Positions 7,844 through 17,465 of a DNA stretch of 42,114 nt are shown piece by piece. Source of the stretch: a virus (lineage: Duplodnaviria; Caudoviricetes); IMG/VR virus record IMGVR_UViG_3300020045_002395, positions 1 to 42,114 of that record. One strand, 5' to 3'. Within the stretch, counting starts at the first letter, position 1; each line of letters begins with the position of its first letter. A program made the translations under genes and the position numbers. Under the pieces are notes generated by a model that was not told where the DNA came from, did not search any database, and saw only the letters and a program-made list of their open reading frames with translations.

Positions 7844-8428
7844 ATGAGAGTGCTAGTAGCTTGCGAGGAAAGCCAGGAGGTAACAAAAGCCTTTAGATAT
7901 ATAGGGCATGAAGCATTTAGTTGTGACCTATTGCCTTGCAGTGGTGGTCATCCTGAATGGCATATTGAACAAGATGTTACCCATGTTATGACAAGGCCAT
8001 GGGATATGATCATAGGATTTCCTCCATGTACCGATTTAGCCGTAAGCGGTGCGCGTTGGTTTCCTGAAAAGAAGGCAAACGGATCACAGCAAAAGTCAAT
8101 AGAGTTCTTTATGCGATTTGTGGAATGGGGGTTAGTTTTTGATAAGCCATTGGCTATAGAGAACCCAATTGGTATAATGTCAACCTATTACAGGAAACCA
8201 GATCAAGTAATTCAGCCGTGGCAATTCGGTCACGGAGAAACAAAAGCAACTTGCTTATGGCTAAATAACCTTCCAAAACTTCAACCGACCGATATAGTCG
8301 AAGGTCGGGAACAACGCATTTGGAAACTACCACCATCTGAAGATCGTGCAAAACTACGTTCGAAAACCTTCCCCGGAATAGCCCGCGCAATGGCGGAACA
8401 ATGGGGCAAACATATTTCTAACACTTAA
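7844..8428 (+). CDS. Short phage DNA cytosine methyltransferase-like protein
   Basis: VLVACEES, FPPCT catalytic motif, IENP, RSKTFPGIARAMAEQW. Confidence 0.8.
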   Translation: MRVLVACEESQEVTKAFRYIGHEAFSCDLLPCSGGHPEWHIEQDVTHVMTRPWDMIIGFPPCTDLAVSGARWFPEKKANGSQQKSIEFFMRFVEWGLVFDKPLAIENPIGIMSTYYRKPDQVIQPWQFGHGETKATCLWLNNLPKLQPTDIVEGREQRIWKLPPSEDRAKLRSKTFPGIARAMAEQWGKHISNT

Positions 8429-8505
8429 ATAAAAACACTATGTGTGGCTAAATCAGAAAATCACCAAAGAAAGCAGTAGTAGATGGGGAGGATAAGCACC
8501 CGTAC

Positions 8506-8700
8506 ATGAAGGGATACGCAACTTGGCGAACCCTACAGTTCTGGCATAAGCCGGTAATTCATTCCATTGACGGCACTGGGTTAATGGTAACGTGCGACAG
8601 CCGGGAGATAACCGACAAGGGGAAATACTACCTAAACGAAAGCCTGGATCGGATGTCAAAGGTTTACAACCTCACCAAAGTAGATCAATCTTTCCAATGA
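8506..8700 (+). CDS. Hypothetical protein
   Basis: ORF in the operon. Confidence 0.5.
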   Translation: MKGYATWRTLQFWHKPVIHSIDGTGLMVTCDSREITDKGKYYLNESLDRMSKVYNLTKVDQSFQ

Positions 8701-8779
8701 AACACCAACACCAATTTTATAAGACATCTACTCCCCAGGTATGGAAATGCCGGTATTGCCCATGTAAAGTAAAAAGCTC

Positions 8780-9001
8780 ATGAGCGAACAAGAAAAAAGA
8801 CATTTAGAAATTTGGGCAACTGAGTTAAATCGTGAAGAGTACGGTTTAGCCTGTATGAACGGAATTTATTTAGCCAAACGAGAAAAATGGCAGATAAAGC
8901 AAAACAACAAAAACAGTTCATTTAAAGCCGAAAACGAACCAATCAACATTTTAAAAAGCATCGATTTTAAGCCAGAATCTAAGGGGGAGGAAAATAAATG
9001 A
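8780..9001 (+). CDS. Hypothetical protein
   Basis: ORF in the operon. Confidence 0.6.
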   Translation: MSEQEKRHLEIWATELNREEYGLACMNGIYLAKREKWQIKQNNKNSSFKAENEPINILKSIDFKPESKGEENK

Positions 9002-9044
9002 TTTAATTCTTGCACGTTAAAGATTTATTTCAGTATTTCGAGTC

Positions 9045-9248
9045 ATGGAACACAAGAGAATACACCCAGCATTAAAACATCGCAACATCGCAATTATTTA
9101 TTACAACGAGTTTTCGGGTAAAAATTACGATGAAAAGACCGCGTCAAAAATGTTTCACCAAGACTTGCGAACGGACAAGCTAAACGAAAGAACGCTGCTA
9201 AAAGTCCTGAAGCAAATCACTAACGAACAGATTGCAATTTTAAAGTAA
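9045..9248 (+). CDS. Hypothetical protein, possibly DNA-binding
   Basis: Preceded by a variant -7 box (GTATTTCG) 4 nt upstream. Confidence 0.65.
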   Translation: MEHKRIHPALKHRNIAIIYYNEFSGKNYDEKTASKMFHQDLRTDKLNERTLLKVLKQITNEQIAILK

Positions 9249-9274
9249 TTTTTCAACCTCTAAAGATAACTAAG

Positions 9275-9649
9275 ATGAACTACCTCGAAAACCCTTATGA
9301 CCCCGAATATATGAAAGCTTCAAAACTCGACACCCAAGCCTTTAAGAACGGTATTCGAATGACTCGATCAAACAAGTTTGAACTCGAAGAAATGCAAGAA
9401 AGCAAGCTAATGGAAGGCATGTTCAGTACCCCGGCTTTAATGGGCGGTGCTCTCCTTTGGCTTATTGTTGCGGCAATCTTCCTTCACGGGAGCAAGCCCT
9501 GGCATCAATACGTGACCTACACGCTGTTAATTATGGCGGGTGGGATGATTACAGTCTGGTTTTTAGTCCACGCTGTAAAGCCAGCTATATCGTTTTTAAA
9601 GCCGTTCGCGGTTAAGGTGATTGACTTTATTTGTAAGCCTGTGTTATGA
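9275..9649 (+). CDS. Two-TM membrane protein
   Basis: Two hydrophobic segments in the C-terminal half. Confidence 0.75.
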   Translation: MNYLENPYDPEYMKASKLDTQAFKNGIRMTRSNKFELEEMQESKLMEGMFSTPALMGGALLWLIVAAIFLHGSKPWHQYVTYTLLIMAGGMITVWFLVHAVKPAISFLKPFAVKVIDFICKPVL

Positions 9650-9972
9650 AGGAGCTTTTGAAAGATGAGTTCCAAGATAGTCAGATTCAGATTGTTGAGG
9701 AAAAGCAGCAACGCAAAGAAATTAAGCTAATCGGCCAGCAAAGGAAGATCCCAGGTTTAACGCTTTGGGAGTTCGACAGAAATACAAAAGAGATAAAGAA
9801 AGCCGAATACAAAAAACAGGATGTTATTTTAAGGACTCTGAAAGTAGCATCTGACGACACGGTTAAAAGTAATAAAGTAGTTGTAAATGAAAATTGCTTC
9901 TACATCCAAGCTCTGAATAAAAAGAACGCGATTAAGCATTTGAAACGTTACGGCATGCTGAATATTTTTTGA
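9646..9972 (+). CDS. Hypothetical basic protein
   Basis: ATGA-coupled ORF. Confidence 0.75.
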   Translation: MKELLKDEFQDSQIQIVEEKQQRKEIKLIGQQRKIPGLTLWEFDRNTKEIKKAEYKKQDVILRTLKVASDDTVKSNKVVVNENCFYIQALNKKNAIKHLKRYGMLNIF

Positions 9973-10001
9973 TTCTATGATAAAAGACAAACAAAAGAGC
10001 G

Positions 10002-10385
10002 ATGAACTTCTGCACTGATTGCAACTGTGATATAATCGAGAACAAAGAACTGATGCTTTGCGCCTCCTGTAACCACGCCCGAAGGAAAGCGGACAGAGCA
10101 AAACCGGTAGTGGTTAAGCCTGTTAAGAAGGTATCCGAAAAGAGAAACGTTCAAAATCAGTACTACGCAAAACTTAGATTGGAATATTTAGAAGCTTACC
10201 CATCGTGTGAGGTTGTAGACTGTCATAACAAATCCAGCCAGATACACCACATGCAGGGCCGTGAAGGCGATAAATTGACCGATACTGATAAGTTCCTGGC
10301 AGTTTGCCCAACATGCCACGAAAGGATTACAAACGACACGCAATGGGCAATAACAAACGGGTATTCGTACCCACGGACAGTATGA
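10002..10385 (+). CDS. HNH endonuclease
   Basis: CEVVDC...QIHH...LAVCPTCHERI plus N-terminal CxxC pairs. Confidence 0.8.
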   Translation: MNFCTDCNCDIIENKELMLCASCNHARRKADRAKPVVVKPVKKVSEKRNVQNQYYAKLRLEYLEAYPSCEVVDCHNKSSQIHHMQGREGDKLTDTDKFLAVCPTCHERITNDTQWAITNGYSYPRTV

Positions 10386-10594
10386 ATGAAATTTCTAATC
10401 GCTGAAAGGCAACACTCACCCTTCAACGGAATCGTTACGCAAGTATGCTTGCCAGTGAGTGGATTAGAAGAAGGCTTGATGCCGGTAGATAGCAGGGGAG
10501 ATATAACGCTGTGAATGTAGAGGATATGGCTCCTTAATACTCATTAAACAGTTCTACCGGTTGAAAGCTGATTGAAGTATTAAACAATAAGGCG

Positions 10595-10753
10595 ATGAAC
10601 TACATCAACAAAAATATCAAGAAGGTTTCCAAGGACGATCTTTTAAAAGTTCTTCGCGAGATGACCAAAAAACAGGAAGAACAAAGGCGGGAAGATGCAC
10701 AATCACTTTCCAAGGCACTATCTGACGGATTTAGATGTGGTCCGAAACTTTGA
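10595..10753 (+). CDS. 52-aa hypothetical protein (not in ORF track)
   Basis: MNYINKNIKKVSKDDLLKVLREM..., translated by hand. Confidence 0.5.
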   Translation: MNYINKNIKKVSKDDLLKVLREMTKKQEEQRREDAQSLSKALSDGFRCGPKL

Positions 10754-10779
10754 TTGCTCACGTAAACGATAAAGACAAA

Positions 10780-11334
10780 ATGATCTATAAAACTTACGAA
10801 CTTCTAACGTGCAATCATCCCGAAACTGGGGAATTGATTACTGAAGAGTTTCGTCCGGTTAAGGATTATGAAGGCAAATACGAGGTTTCGAGTTTTGGCA
10901 GGGTGTTATCGCTGAATTACCAAAGATTCGGTTACCCAAAGCTATTGGTAGCATCTGCCGACACAAATGGATATATGAGAGTGTCATTATCTTTATATGG
11001 CGTTGATAAATCAAAACAGATTCACAAGTTAGTTGCAATCGCTTTCCATGATCACACGCCCAATGGGTTCACTCGGGTGGTTGACCATAAGGATTGCGAT
11101 AAAAAGAATAACAAGGCTATTAACCTAAGAATCGTAACTCAGCGCGAAAACTCGAATCTTAAGCATATCCCGCACACAAGTAAATACACAGGTGTTTTCT
11201 GGTCTAAAGCACACCGTAGATGGGTTGCGTCAATTGGAACAGGCCAGAAATGTAAAAAGTTAGGATATTTTACAAACGAAGATGAGGCAGCAAAAGCCTA
11301 TGAAATTGAATTACTCCAAATAACAAGCGTATGA
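10780..11334 (+). CDS. NUMOD4-HNH-AP2 homing endonuclease
   Basis: YEGKYEVSSFGRV (NUMOD4); IHKLVA...VDHKD...N...NL...EN (HNH); SKYTGV...W.A.I...LGYF...EAAKAY (AP2); start may be 10735. Confidence 0.9.
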   Translation: MIYKTYELLTCNHPETGELITEEFRPVKDYEGKYEVSSFGRVLSLNYQRFGYPKLLVASADTNGYMRVSLSLYGVDKSKQIHKLVAIAFHDHTPNGFTRVVDHKDCDKKNNKAINLRIVTQRENSNLKHIPHTSKYTGVFWSKAHRRWVASIGTGQKCKKLGYFTNEDEAAKAYEIELLQITSV

Positions 11335-11531
11335 CCGAACTACAACAAATTGAAAGCTTACGAACCGAGCTACAGGCTGAAAGAAATAAAACGATTCAGG
11401 AAGTACTTGACCTGTTTAAACCTCTTTTTGAAATGGAGCCACGCGCACAAAACATTGTTCAGATAGCAATGAAAGTGAAGGAAATTTACGACTCAATCGA
11501 ATCCCTCAAAACCAAATCTAACAAGCAATGA
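11331..11531 (+). CDS. Hypothetical protein
   Basis: Coupled ORF. Confidence 0.7.
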   Translation: MTELQQIESLRTELQAERNKTIQEVLDLFKPLFEMEPRAQNIVQIAMKVKEIYDSIESLKTKSNKQ

Positions 11532-11746
11532 AGCAGAAACTATTTGCTATCGCTAGAAACCTTCAAATACATATTTTAATGTATAGAACCTATCATTCTG
11601 AATCAGGAGTGCAAGTTTACAATATCACGTATTCAGTTGGTAAACAACGATTTGATTTTAGCGATGGTTATTTTGTTGGATCAGGTGAAAAAGAGAAGCA
11701 GAAAGTAATTGACCAATTCAGAAAAGAACTTGTATCTAAAATTTAG
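11528..11746 (+). CDS. Hypothetical protein
   Basis: Coupled ORF. Confidence 0.7.
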   Translation: MKQKLFAIARNLQIHILMYRTYHSESGVQVYNITYSVGKQRFDFSDGYFVGSGEKEKQKVIDQFRKELVSKI

Positions 11747-11781
11747 TTTATGAATGAACCATACTTAACACTAGAGAAACC

Positions 11782-12123
11782 ATGAAAGATTTCGAGCCAA
11801 TGGCATTACAGCAGTGCAAGGATAAGGTAGCTAAGAATCACAGTTTCATTGATTGGGGTCATTTAATGAAAGCTCATAGCGGAAGATTATATGAGTTTAT
11901 CGATATGGCAGCCGAGCTCTACGCCTCCCAGTTTCGTGATCGATTAAAGGAGCTTGAAGCCGAAAACATCGTTCTAAAAGAGGTAATCAAGGCTATGGTT
12001 GAAACTTTCGAGGAAACAACAGAGGTAAAAACGCCAAGAAAATCATTTAAAGAGCGACTTAATGAAGAACTTGCCAAAGAAAGTGCTAGTAAGCAATCGC
12101 GTGAAGCCAACAAAACGGAATAA
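11782..12123 (+). CDS. Hypothetical coiled-coil protein
   Basis: ORF in the operon. Confidence 0.7.
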   Translation: MKDFEPMALQQCKDKVAKNHSFIDWGHLMKAHSGRLYEFIDMAAELYASQFRDRLKELEAENIVLKEVIKAMVETFEETTEVKTPRKSFKERLNEELAKESASKQSREANKTE

Positions 12124-12142
12124 TATATTGAATTTTTGACCC

Positions 12143-12424
12143 ATGAAGCAGAAAACGAGAAGACTAACACTATTATTACTTTTAATCAGCTTTGCAGGAT
12201 ATTGCCAAAATATAGAGGTAAAGAAAAACGAAATTTATATTTCAATACCAGACTCATGTAGCGTTAAATCGGGATTTAAAACACTTGCTAAGGCTACATC
12301 CCTAAACATGAAGCATTATCGTAGGTATGTAGTAAGAGATGGAGTAACGTACTTTAAACCAGGAATAAGGCTTTCGAATAGGTACTATCAATTGGTTGAC
12401 CTTTACAAAATCAATAGTTTTTAG
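12143..12424 (+). CDS. Small exported protein with signal peptide
   Basis: MKQKTRR-LTLLLLLISFAGYC-QN; own variant -7 box at 12131-12138. Confidence 0.7.
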   Translation: MKQKTRRLTLLLLLISFAGYCQNIEVKKNEIYISIPDSCSVKSGFKTLAKATSLNMKHYRRYVVRDGVTYFKPGIRLSNRYYQLVDLYKINSF

Positions 12425-12436
12425 TTTAAAAATTTT

Positions 12437-12444
12437 TATATTTG
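12437..12444 (+). promoter_or_regulatory. -7 box ahead of terS
   Basis: TATATTTG 4 nt before ATG 12449. Confidence 0.7.
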
Positions 12445-12448
12445 AGGT

Positions 12449-12790
12449 ATGGAGTCCGAAACTAACGGGGATATTCGGGATGAAAAGGGTAAGTTTGCTG
12501 TTGGAAATCCTGGCAAGCCGAAAGGTGCGGTTGTAAAGGTATCTGTTAAGGTTAGAGAGGCTATTGTACAGTTTTTGGAAGATAACATAGACCAAGTTCA
12601 AAGTGACTTTACGGCCCTTAAAACACCAAAAGACAGGCTTCAATTTATCGCAGAGATATTACCATATGCAGCCCCTAAGTTATCAGCAGTTCAAACCGAA
12701 CATAGTGGCGAAGTTGGCCATAGGATCGAAATAACTTGGAATGAGCCAAACAATAACATTCCAGATTCCACAGATAAAGGTAGCGCTTGA
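12449..12790 (+). CDS. terS: Terminase small subunit
   Basis: RDEKGKFAVGNPGKPKG N-terminus, EHSGEV C-terminus, directly before TerL. Confidence 0.8.
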   Translation: MESETNGDIRDEKGKFAVGNPGKPKGAVVKVSVKVREAIVQFLEDNIDQVQSDFTALKTPKDRLQFIAEILPYAAPKLSAVQTEHSGEVGHRIEITWNEPNNNIPDSTDKGSA

Positions 12791-13925
12791 GTCTTACAAG
12801 GCATATAAGGCCGGGTATAGAATCATTGCAAACCAGGGCGGAACGAGAAGCGGTAAGACTTACACGATAAACCAGCTTTTAATAGCACTGGCACTAAAGG
12901 AAAAACTAACGGTTTCTGTCACCTCAGTGGCGTTTCCTCACCTTCGAAGGGGCGCAATGCGAGATTGGCGGAACATAATGGAAAACTCAGGACTCTATGA
13001 TCCGAATAGTCACGTACGTACAGAGCAAGTATATAATTATCCAAACGGATCGTACACTGAGTTTTTCAGCTCGGACAATAATCTTAAGGTACGAGGGCCG
13101 GGACGGGATATTCTATTCTTTAACGAGGCGAATCTCACCGATTTTGATACGTTTACTCAGCTTATGCTGCGGACACGGAAGTGTATTTTTATCGATTTTA
13201 ACCCCGCTGATGAGTTTCACTGGATATACGACTCGATACTCACCAGGCCCGACTGCTACTTCATCAAATCAACATACTTAGACAACCCATTTTTACCCCA
13301 TGAGCAAGTCAAAGAAATCGAAAACCTCAAGAACGTTGATGAAAACTTCTGGAGAATTTACGGGGAAGGAGAACGCGGTCATAGTGAAGGTGTCATCTAC
13401 ACTCATTGGAAGCCTTACACAGGAACTGAAAGAATTGGAGGAAGTTCTGTTGCCTTTGGGCTTGACTTTGGATATAACAACCCTACCTCCCTTGTCAGAG
13501 TCACCGAAACCGATCAAGACCTTTACTGGAAAGAAGAAATCTACCAAAGCCACCTAACCAACAGCGATTTAATCCCAATGATTAAGCAAATAGTAAAGCC
13601 ACATGAAACGGTTTATTGCGATTCAGCAGAACCTGACAGGATTGAGGAGCTTAAAAGGGCCGGAATTAAGGCAGTTATGGCAAATAAGAACGTAAAAGAA
13701 AGGATTGACTTCATAAAAAGCCGAAAACTGTTCATTGATTCTGGATCCGCCAACCTTTTAAAAGAAATCAAGTCATACAAGTACATAGATCAGGGTAAAC
13801 GAAAAGGGAACGAGCCTGAAGTACCTTTAAAGCTCAATGATCACGCAATGGACGCTGCTGGATACGCTTCTATTTCATTCAAACGGGCTAAAACATCATT
13901 CAGATCATCATTTCATAAAGCATGA
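12741..13925 (+). CDS. terL: Terminase large subunit (PBSX/SPP1-like)
   Basis: QGGTRSGKT Walker A, FFNEA Walker B, DFNP, STYLDNPFL, GLDFG, CDSAEP, DHAMDA nuclease motifs. Confidence 0.96.
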   Translation: MSQTITFQIPQIKVALESYKAYKAGYRIIANQGGTRSGKTYTINQLLIALALKEKLTVSVTSVAFPHLRRGAMRDWRNIMENSGLYDPNSHVRTEQVYNYPNGSYTEFFSSDNNLKVRGPGRDILFFNEANLTDFDTFTQLMLRTRKCIFIDFNPADEFHWIYDSILTRPDCYFIKSTYLDNPFLPHEQVKEIENLKNVDENFWRIYGEGERGHSEGVIYTHWKPYTGTERIGGSSVAFGLDFGYNNPTSLVRVTETDQDLYWKEEIYQSHLTNSDLIPMIKQIVKPHETVYCDSAEPDRIEELKRAGIKAVMANKNVKERIDFIKSRKLFIDSGSANLLKEIKSYKYIDQGKRKGNEPEVPLKLNDHAMDAAGYASISFKRAKTSFRSSFHKA

Positions 13926-14569
13926 TACAATTCAAACTAAACGGTAAGAAGTTAAACATCCCTAGTTCATGGGAAGACCTTTCATTCAATCAGTATTTGC
14001 AAATAATGCAACCTAATAACGATTATTTGAAAGTAGTCTCTATCGTCTCGGGACTGGATTATGAATATTTGAAAAAGGCTGAGATTATAGGACTTGAGGC
14101 TATCATTCAGGCATTAACATTCCTTAACAAACCTCCAGTTATACCCACATCAGTACCAAAAATCGGTAAATATAAACTCCCATTAGATGTCAAAGGTCAA
14201 TTTAACATTCAATTCAAGCGCCTTGACCAGTTCGAAGATATGCGCAAGGTGATGGCGAAGGATTCAACGCTTCAAGGTATTACAGAATCTTACCCTGTGT
14301 ACGTGGCTATCTACTTACAGGCGATTCGAGATGGAGAATATAGCTATTCCAAAGCCATAGCGATGGTTGACGAGATAAAAGAGATGCCGGCACTCGAAGT
14401 TATAAGCGCAGGAAGTTTTTTTTTGATAAAGCAGTTGAGCTTATTAACTGGCACGCCTCTCAAGTCCCTGAATACAGCCCTGAAGCCGAAGAACTCGAAG
14501 CTGGGTTCGACAAGTTCCAAGAAAAGTTCGGGGCGTATGCGACCATCGCGGAAGTCTCGCAAGAAATAG
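13922..14569 (+). CDS. Tail assembly chaperone-like protein (short form)
   Basis: IPSSWEDLSFNQY start; SFFL encoded by a T9 slippery run followed by a low-complexity S/K tail. Confidence 0.7.
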   Translation: MIQFKLNGKKLNIPSSWEDLSFNQYLQIMQPNNDYLKVVSIVSGLDYEYLKKAEIIGLEAIIQALTFLNKPPVIPTSVPKIGKYKLPLDVKGQFNIQFKRLDQFEDMRKVMAKDSTLQGITESYPVYVAIYLQAIRDGEYSYSKAIAMVDEIKEMPALEVISAGSFFLIKQLSLLTGTPLKSLNTALKPKNSKLGSTSSKKSSGRMRPSRKSRKK

Positions 14570-14691
14570 GTATACCGGAAGATGTGCTTTACGGATGGAC
14601 GGCTCGCCGGTTCTGGTTTAAGCATATTTACCTAGCCTGGAAAGCTTACCATAAGTCAGAATATACCAAGTTGTGTATGAGAAAGAAATAA
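14416..14691 (+). CDS. -1 frameshift extension of the chaperone (long form)
   Basis: -1 frame open from the T9 run to TAA 14689-14691: DKAVELINWHASQVPEYSPEAEELEAGFDKFQEKFGAYATIAEVSQEIGIPEDVLYGWTARRFWFKHIYLAWKAYHKSEYTKLCMRKK. Confidence 0.75.
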   Translation, partial: FFFDKAVELINWHASQVPEYSPEAEELEAGFDKFQEKFGAYATIAEVSQEIGIPEDVLYGWTARRFWFKHIYLAWKAYHKSEYTKLCMRKK

Positions 14692-14693
14692 TC

Positions 14694-14701
14694 TATTTTT
14701 G
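14694..14701 (+). promoter_or_regulatory. -7 box ahead of tail completion genes
   Basis: TATTTTTG 5 nt before GTG 14707. Confidence 0.55.
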
Positions 14702-14706
14702 ATACC

Positions 14707-15177
14707 GTGAGTCACAAAGGTATCCGTATGCTAATCGAAGATACTGCCAAATCATTGGGAGACAATATCCAATTCGACTACGGGCGCAAATCAGACTTCA
14801 ACGTATTAAGGGATAAAAAGTACCCTTTCATTAGCCTTGATCCATTAACCGCTTCAGCTTCTTACGCTGTGAACAACGTCTCAAACTATTCAAAGACATG
14901 GCAAGCTTCAATAGCTTTTTATCAACTCGATAAGGAGCATTCAGACCAAACACAATACGCCTGCATCCTGGATGAGATGAGCGATCTACTGGACAAGTTC
15001 ATCAACAAATTAAACTCACAGGCCGAAACTCTTTGCCTTGACTCGGATAATATTATCATAACCGGCATGAGCCAACAGCCATTCATTAAGGCAACTTCCG
15101 ACATCCTCACTGGCTACATTCTTAACTTCTCGGTACAAGTTACAGACGATTTTAACTACTGCTCCGTTGTTTGTTGA
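14707..15177 (+). CDS. Tail terminator / completion-like protein
   Basis: KYPFISL and GYILNFSVQV pattern, size and context. Confidence 0.6.
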   Translation: MSHKGIRMLIEDTAKSLGDNIQFDYGRKSDFNVLRDKKYPFISLDPLTASASYAVNNVSNYSKTWQASIAFYQLDKEHSDQTQYACILDEMSDLLDKFINKLNSQAETLCLDSDNIIITGMSQQPFIKATSDILTGYILNFSVQVTDDFNYCSVVC

Positions 15178-15652
15178 TGTGGTTTCCATATTGAGCCAAC
15201 AAGGTAACAGCATCGTTGAACAGATACGCCAAAATTTAGCCAGCACAGGAACGAACGCAACCGGCAAGACTTCACGGTCATTAAGATTTGAAGTTATCAC
15301 AGAGGGCTTTAAAACAACTCTTAGGGTTATAGGAAAAGCTTATTTCTTTGTCGTTGAAACTGGTCGTAAAGCAACACCGCAGTATAAAGAACCATCATAC
15401 GAGTTCGTTAAGTCGATCGAGGAATGGATGCGTGCCCGTGGAAAAGAAGGATCAGGCTATGGTTTAGCGAAGTACATCCACCAACACGGAACCAAGTTAA
15501 ACCGTGACGGTGGCAGAAAAGACATAGTTTCTAATGTTGTCAATACAACTTTGGTAGATACTATTTCAAAATCTATATTGGAGAAGTTTTCGAACGAATA
15601 TTTAAAGAACGTAGTCAAAATTACAGGCAGTGGCACTACAATTACTACATAA
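15167..15652 (+). CDS. Neck / tail completion protein (HK97 gp10-like)
   Basis: ATGKTSRSL...Y...VETGR...IEEW...I...GT pattern. Confidence 0.65.
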   Translation: MFVDVVSILSQQGNSIVEQIRQNLASTGTNATGKTSRSLRFEVITEGFKTTLRVIGKAYFFVVETGRKATPQYKEPSYEFVKSIEEWMRARGKEGSGYGLAKYIHQHGTKLNRDGGRKDIVSNVVNTTLVDTISKSILEKFSNEYLKNVVKITGSGTTITT

Positions 15653-17465
15653 TCCGATAGGGCATAAACTCTCAGACTCAGAAGTAACTGCGGTTATTAT
15701 CGACAATGGGACTGGCGAGGCTTTGGTTTACATGGCCACCGGTCACGCTTTAAGCGATGGTGATTACGTTTACATTGAATCTAATTTTGACGCTTATAAC
15801 GGGTACAAGTATGTTGATTCTATTGCTTACGATTCTTTTAAGATCCGAGACAGTGAGAACAGCGATGCGGTGGAATATGTACAGGATGCCGACATTACTT
15901 ACCGGACTTCTGTTTTAAACCACGGATGGCAATGCGTTCACCTTCCGATAGTTTACGAACTTGAATCAGATCTTTATCCTAATAACGTAGGCGAGGAAGC
16001 GTACACCGCGAACACGGTAATAAGCCAATCAGAGGAGGGTGGATTGACCAGGCTGGCTTTATCAGCTGCGCTGACTAATCCAGTTGAACTTTCAAAGATT
16101 GAACTTGTAGGGAATAACGATTTGTCTGGAGTTTACCAGATAATAACTGTTTACCAAGATTGGAATATCGTAATAGATTTACCTTATGACGCTACCAATT
16201 CATTCACAAGCCTTCAGGTAGTTAGGTATTATGACAACTATACAATCAATGTAAAAGTATGGGCAGGGCTAGATTCTGGGCACCGTTGGGAAGACAGGAA
16301 GCCATTCGAACTTGCGGCAACATTGCAGTTTATACCAGACCAAAACAACCGGATAAAGTTTTCTATTTCAGACGTTCTTAAATCGTACATAAATACTCGT
16401 AACAACTTAACCCTTGACACGCTACCGAATAACTTAGATTTCATGGTGGCGTTTTATATCCAGTACTTTGAAACATACGACGAATCGGACGGTGAAGAAA
16501 TAACCACATTTGAAGGTGAGGCCACAACCGACGATTTTATAGGGTACGCAGTTAACGCTGAGCTACCGTTTAAATCGGAGAGTATTTCCCACATGAGCGA
16601 TTACATCAACGAGGACGTTTACCTTGCGCAATGGCTTACACTTCAATCCAGGCCGATCGGAGTCGTTGGAAGGTTCTTTGACTTGTCATTCATAAATCAG
16701 TTTTTAGCTACTGATATTGTGGTGGAGTTTACCAAGTCACTTGATGGCGTGGTTACCGATACAGAAACATTGACTATAACCAATCCAGGTAACGGAGTAA
16801 TAAGGGTTCCGTTTACGCCTGAATCAGGATTTGACGAGTACTGCATACAGGCATCAACAAACGGTTCTCCAGAAGGTCCAGGGGTTACAAGTTCGATAAC
16901 ATTACCATCTTTAGTTGATTGGTTATCTAGGTCTACATCTGGGTTTATCGCTAACTGGGGCACCGGTATACCAAATCCTGATGTTACGGTTGTTGGAGCT
17001 GGACCAGGATCACCTGCATCATCTGAGGATTTATACTGCGATTATGCTTTTGTTTTAGGTTATACTTATTCGATTACATTAAGTTACACAAAGGTGTATA
17101 ATTCAGGATCTTCCAACCCGAGAACGATATATTTACAGGCTTTTGATAATTCGTTTAATATCATTCATACCGCTACAGACACTACGCCTCCATCGCCAGG
17201 TGGAAGTGATACTGTTACTTTAAATTTTGTGTCTTTAGGAACAGAAACAAAAGTAGGTGTAAGCGTTACAGATGGTTCCGATGTAAGTTTTACGGTTACC
17301 GCAAGATCAGGCACACAGACAACACCAAGTACTCCAGCGGTTGCGGCACAGATTATAACAGAAAGAATTTGCATGGATATAGTGGAAGAATGCGATACCA
17401 CATTTATACCTGATCCTGATGATATTAGATTAACGGAGGACGGAGATTTCCGAATACTAGAATGA
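15630..17465 (+). CDS. Tail tip / baseplate-associated structural protein
   Basis: Large, beta-rich, acidic and S/T-rich; ends RLTEDGDFRILE. Confidence 0.65.
   Translation: MALQLLHNPIGHKLSDSEVTAVIIDNGTGEALVYMATGHALSDGDYVYIESNFDAYNGYKYVDSIAYDSFKIRDSENSDAVEYVQDADITYRTSVLNHGWQCVHLPIVYELESDLYPNNVGEEAYTANTVISQSEEGGLTRLALSAALTNPVELSKIELVGNNDLSGVYQIITVYQDWNIVIDLPYDATNSFTSLQVVRYYDNYTINVKVWAGLDSGHRWEDRKPFELAATLQFIPDQNNRIKFSISDVLKSYINTRNNLTLDTLPNNLDFMVAFYIQYFETYDESDGEEITTFEGEATTDDFIGYAVNAELPFKSESISHMSDYINEDVYLAQWLTLQSRPIGVVGRFFDLSFINQFLATDIVVEFTKSLDGVVTDTETLTITNPGNGVIRVPFTPESGFDEYCIQASTNGSPEGPGVTSSITLPSLVDWLSRSTSGFIANWGTGIPNPDVTVVGAGPGSPASSEDLYCDYAFVLGYTYSITLSYTKVYNSGSSNPRTIYLQAFDNSFNIIHTATDTTPPSPGGSDTVTLNFVSLGTETKVGVSVTDGSDVSFTVTARSGTQTTPSTPAVAAQIITERICMDIVEECDTTFIPDPDDIRLTEDGDFRILE

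Noticed and set aside
10520-10590. TTAATACT/AGTATTAA stem as an ncRNA
   Set aside because: AT-rich 8-bp stem that could arise by chance, with no other support.
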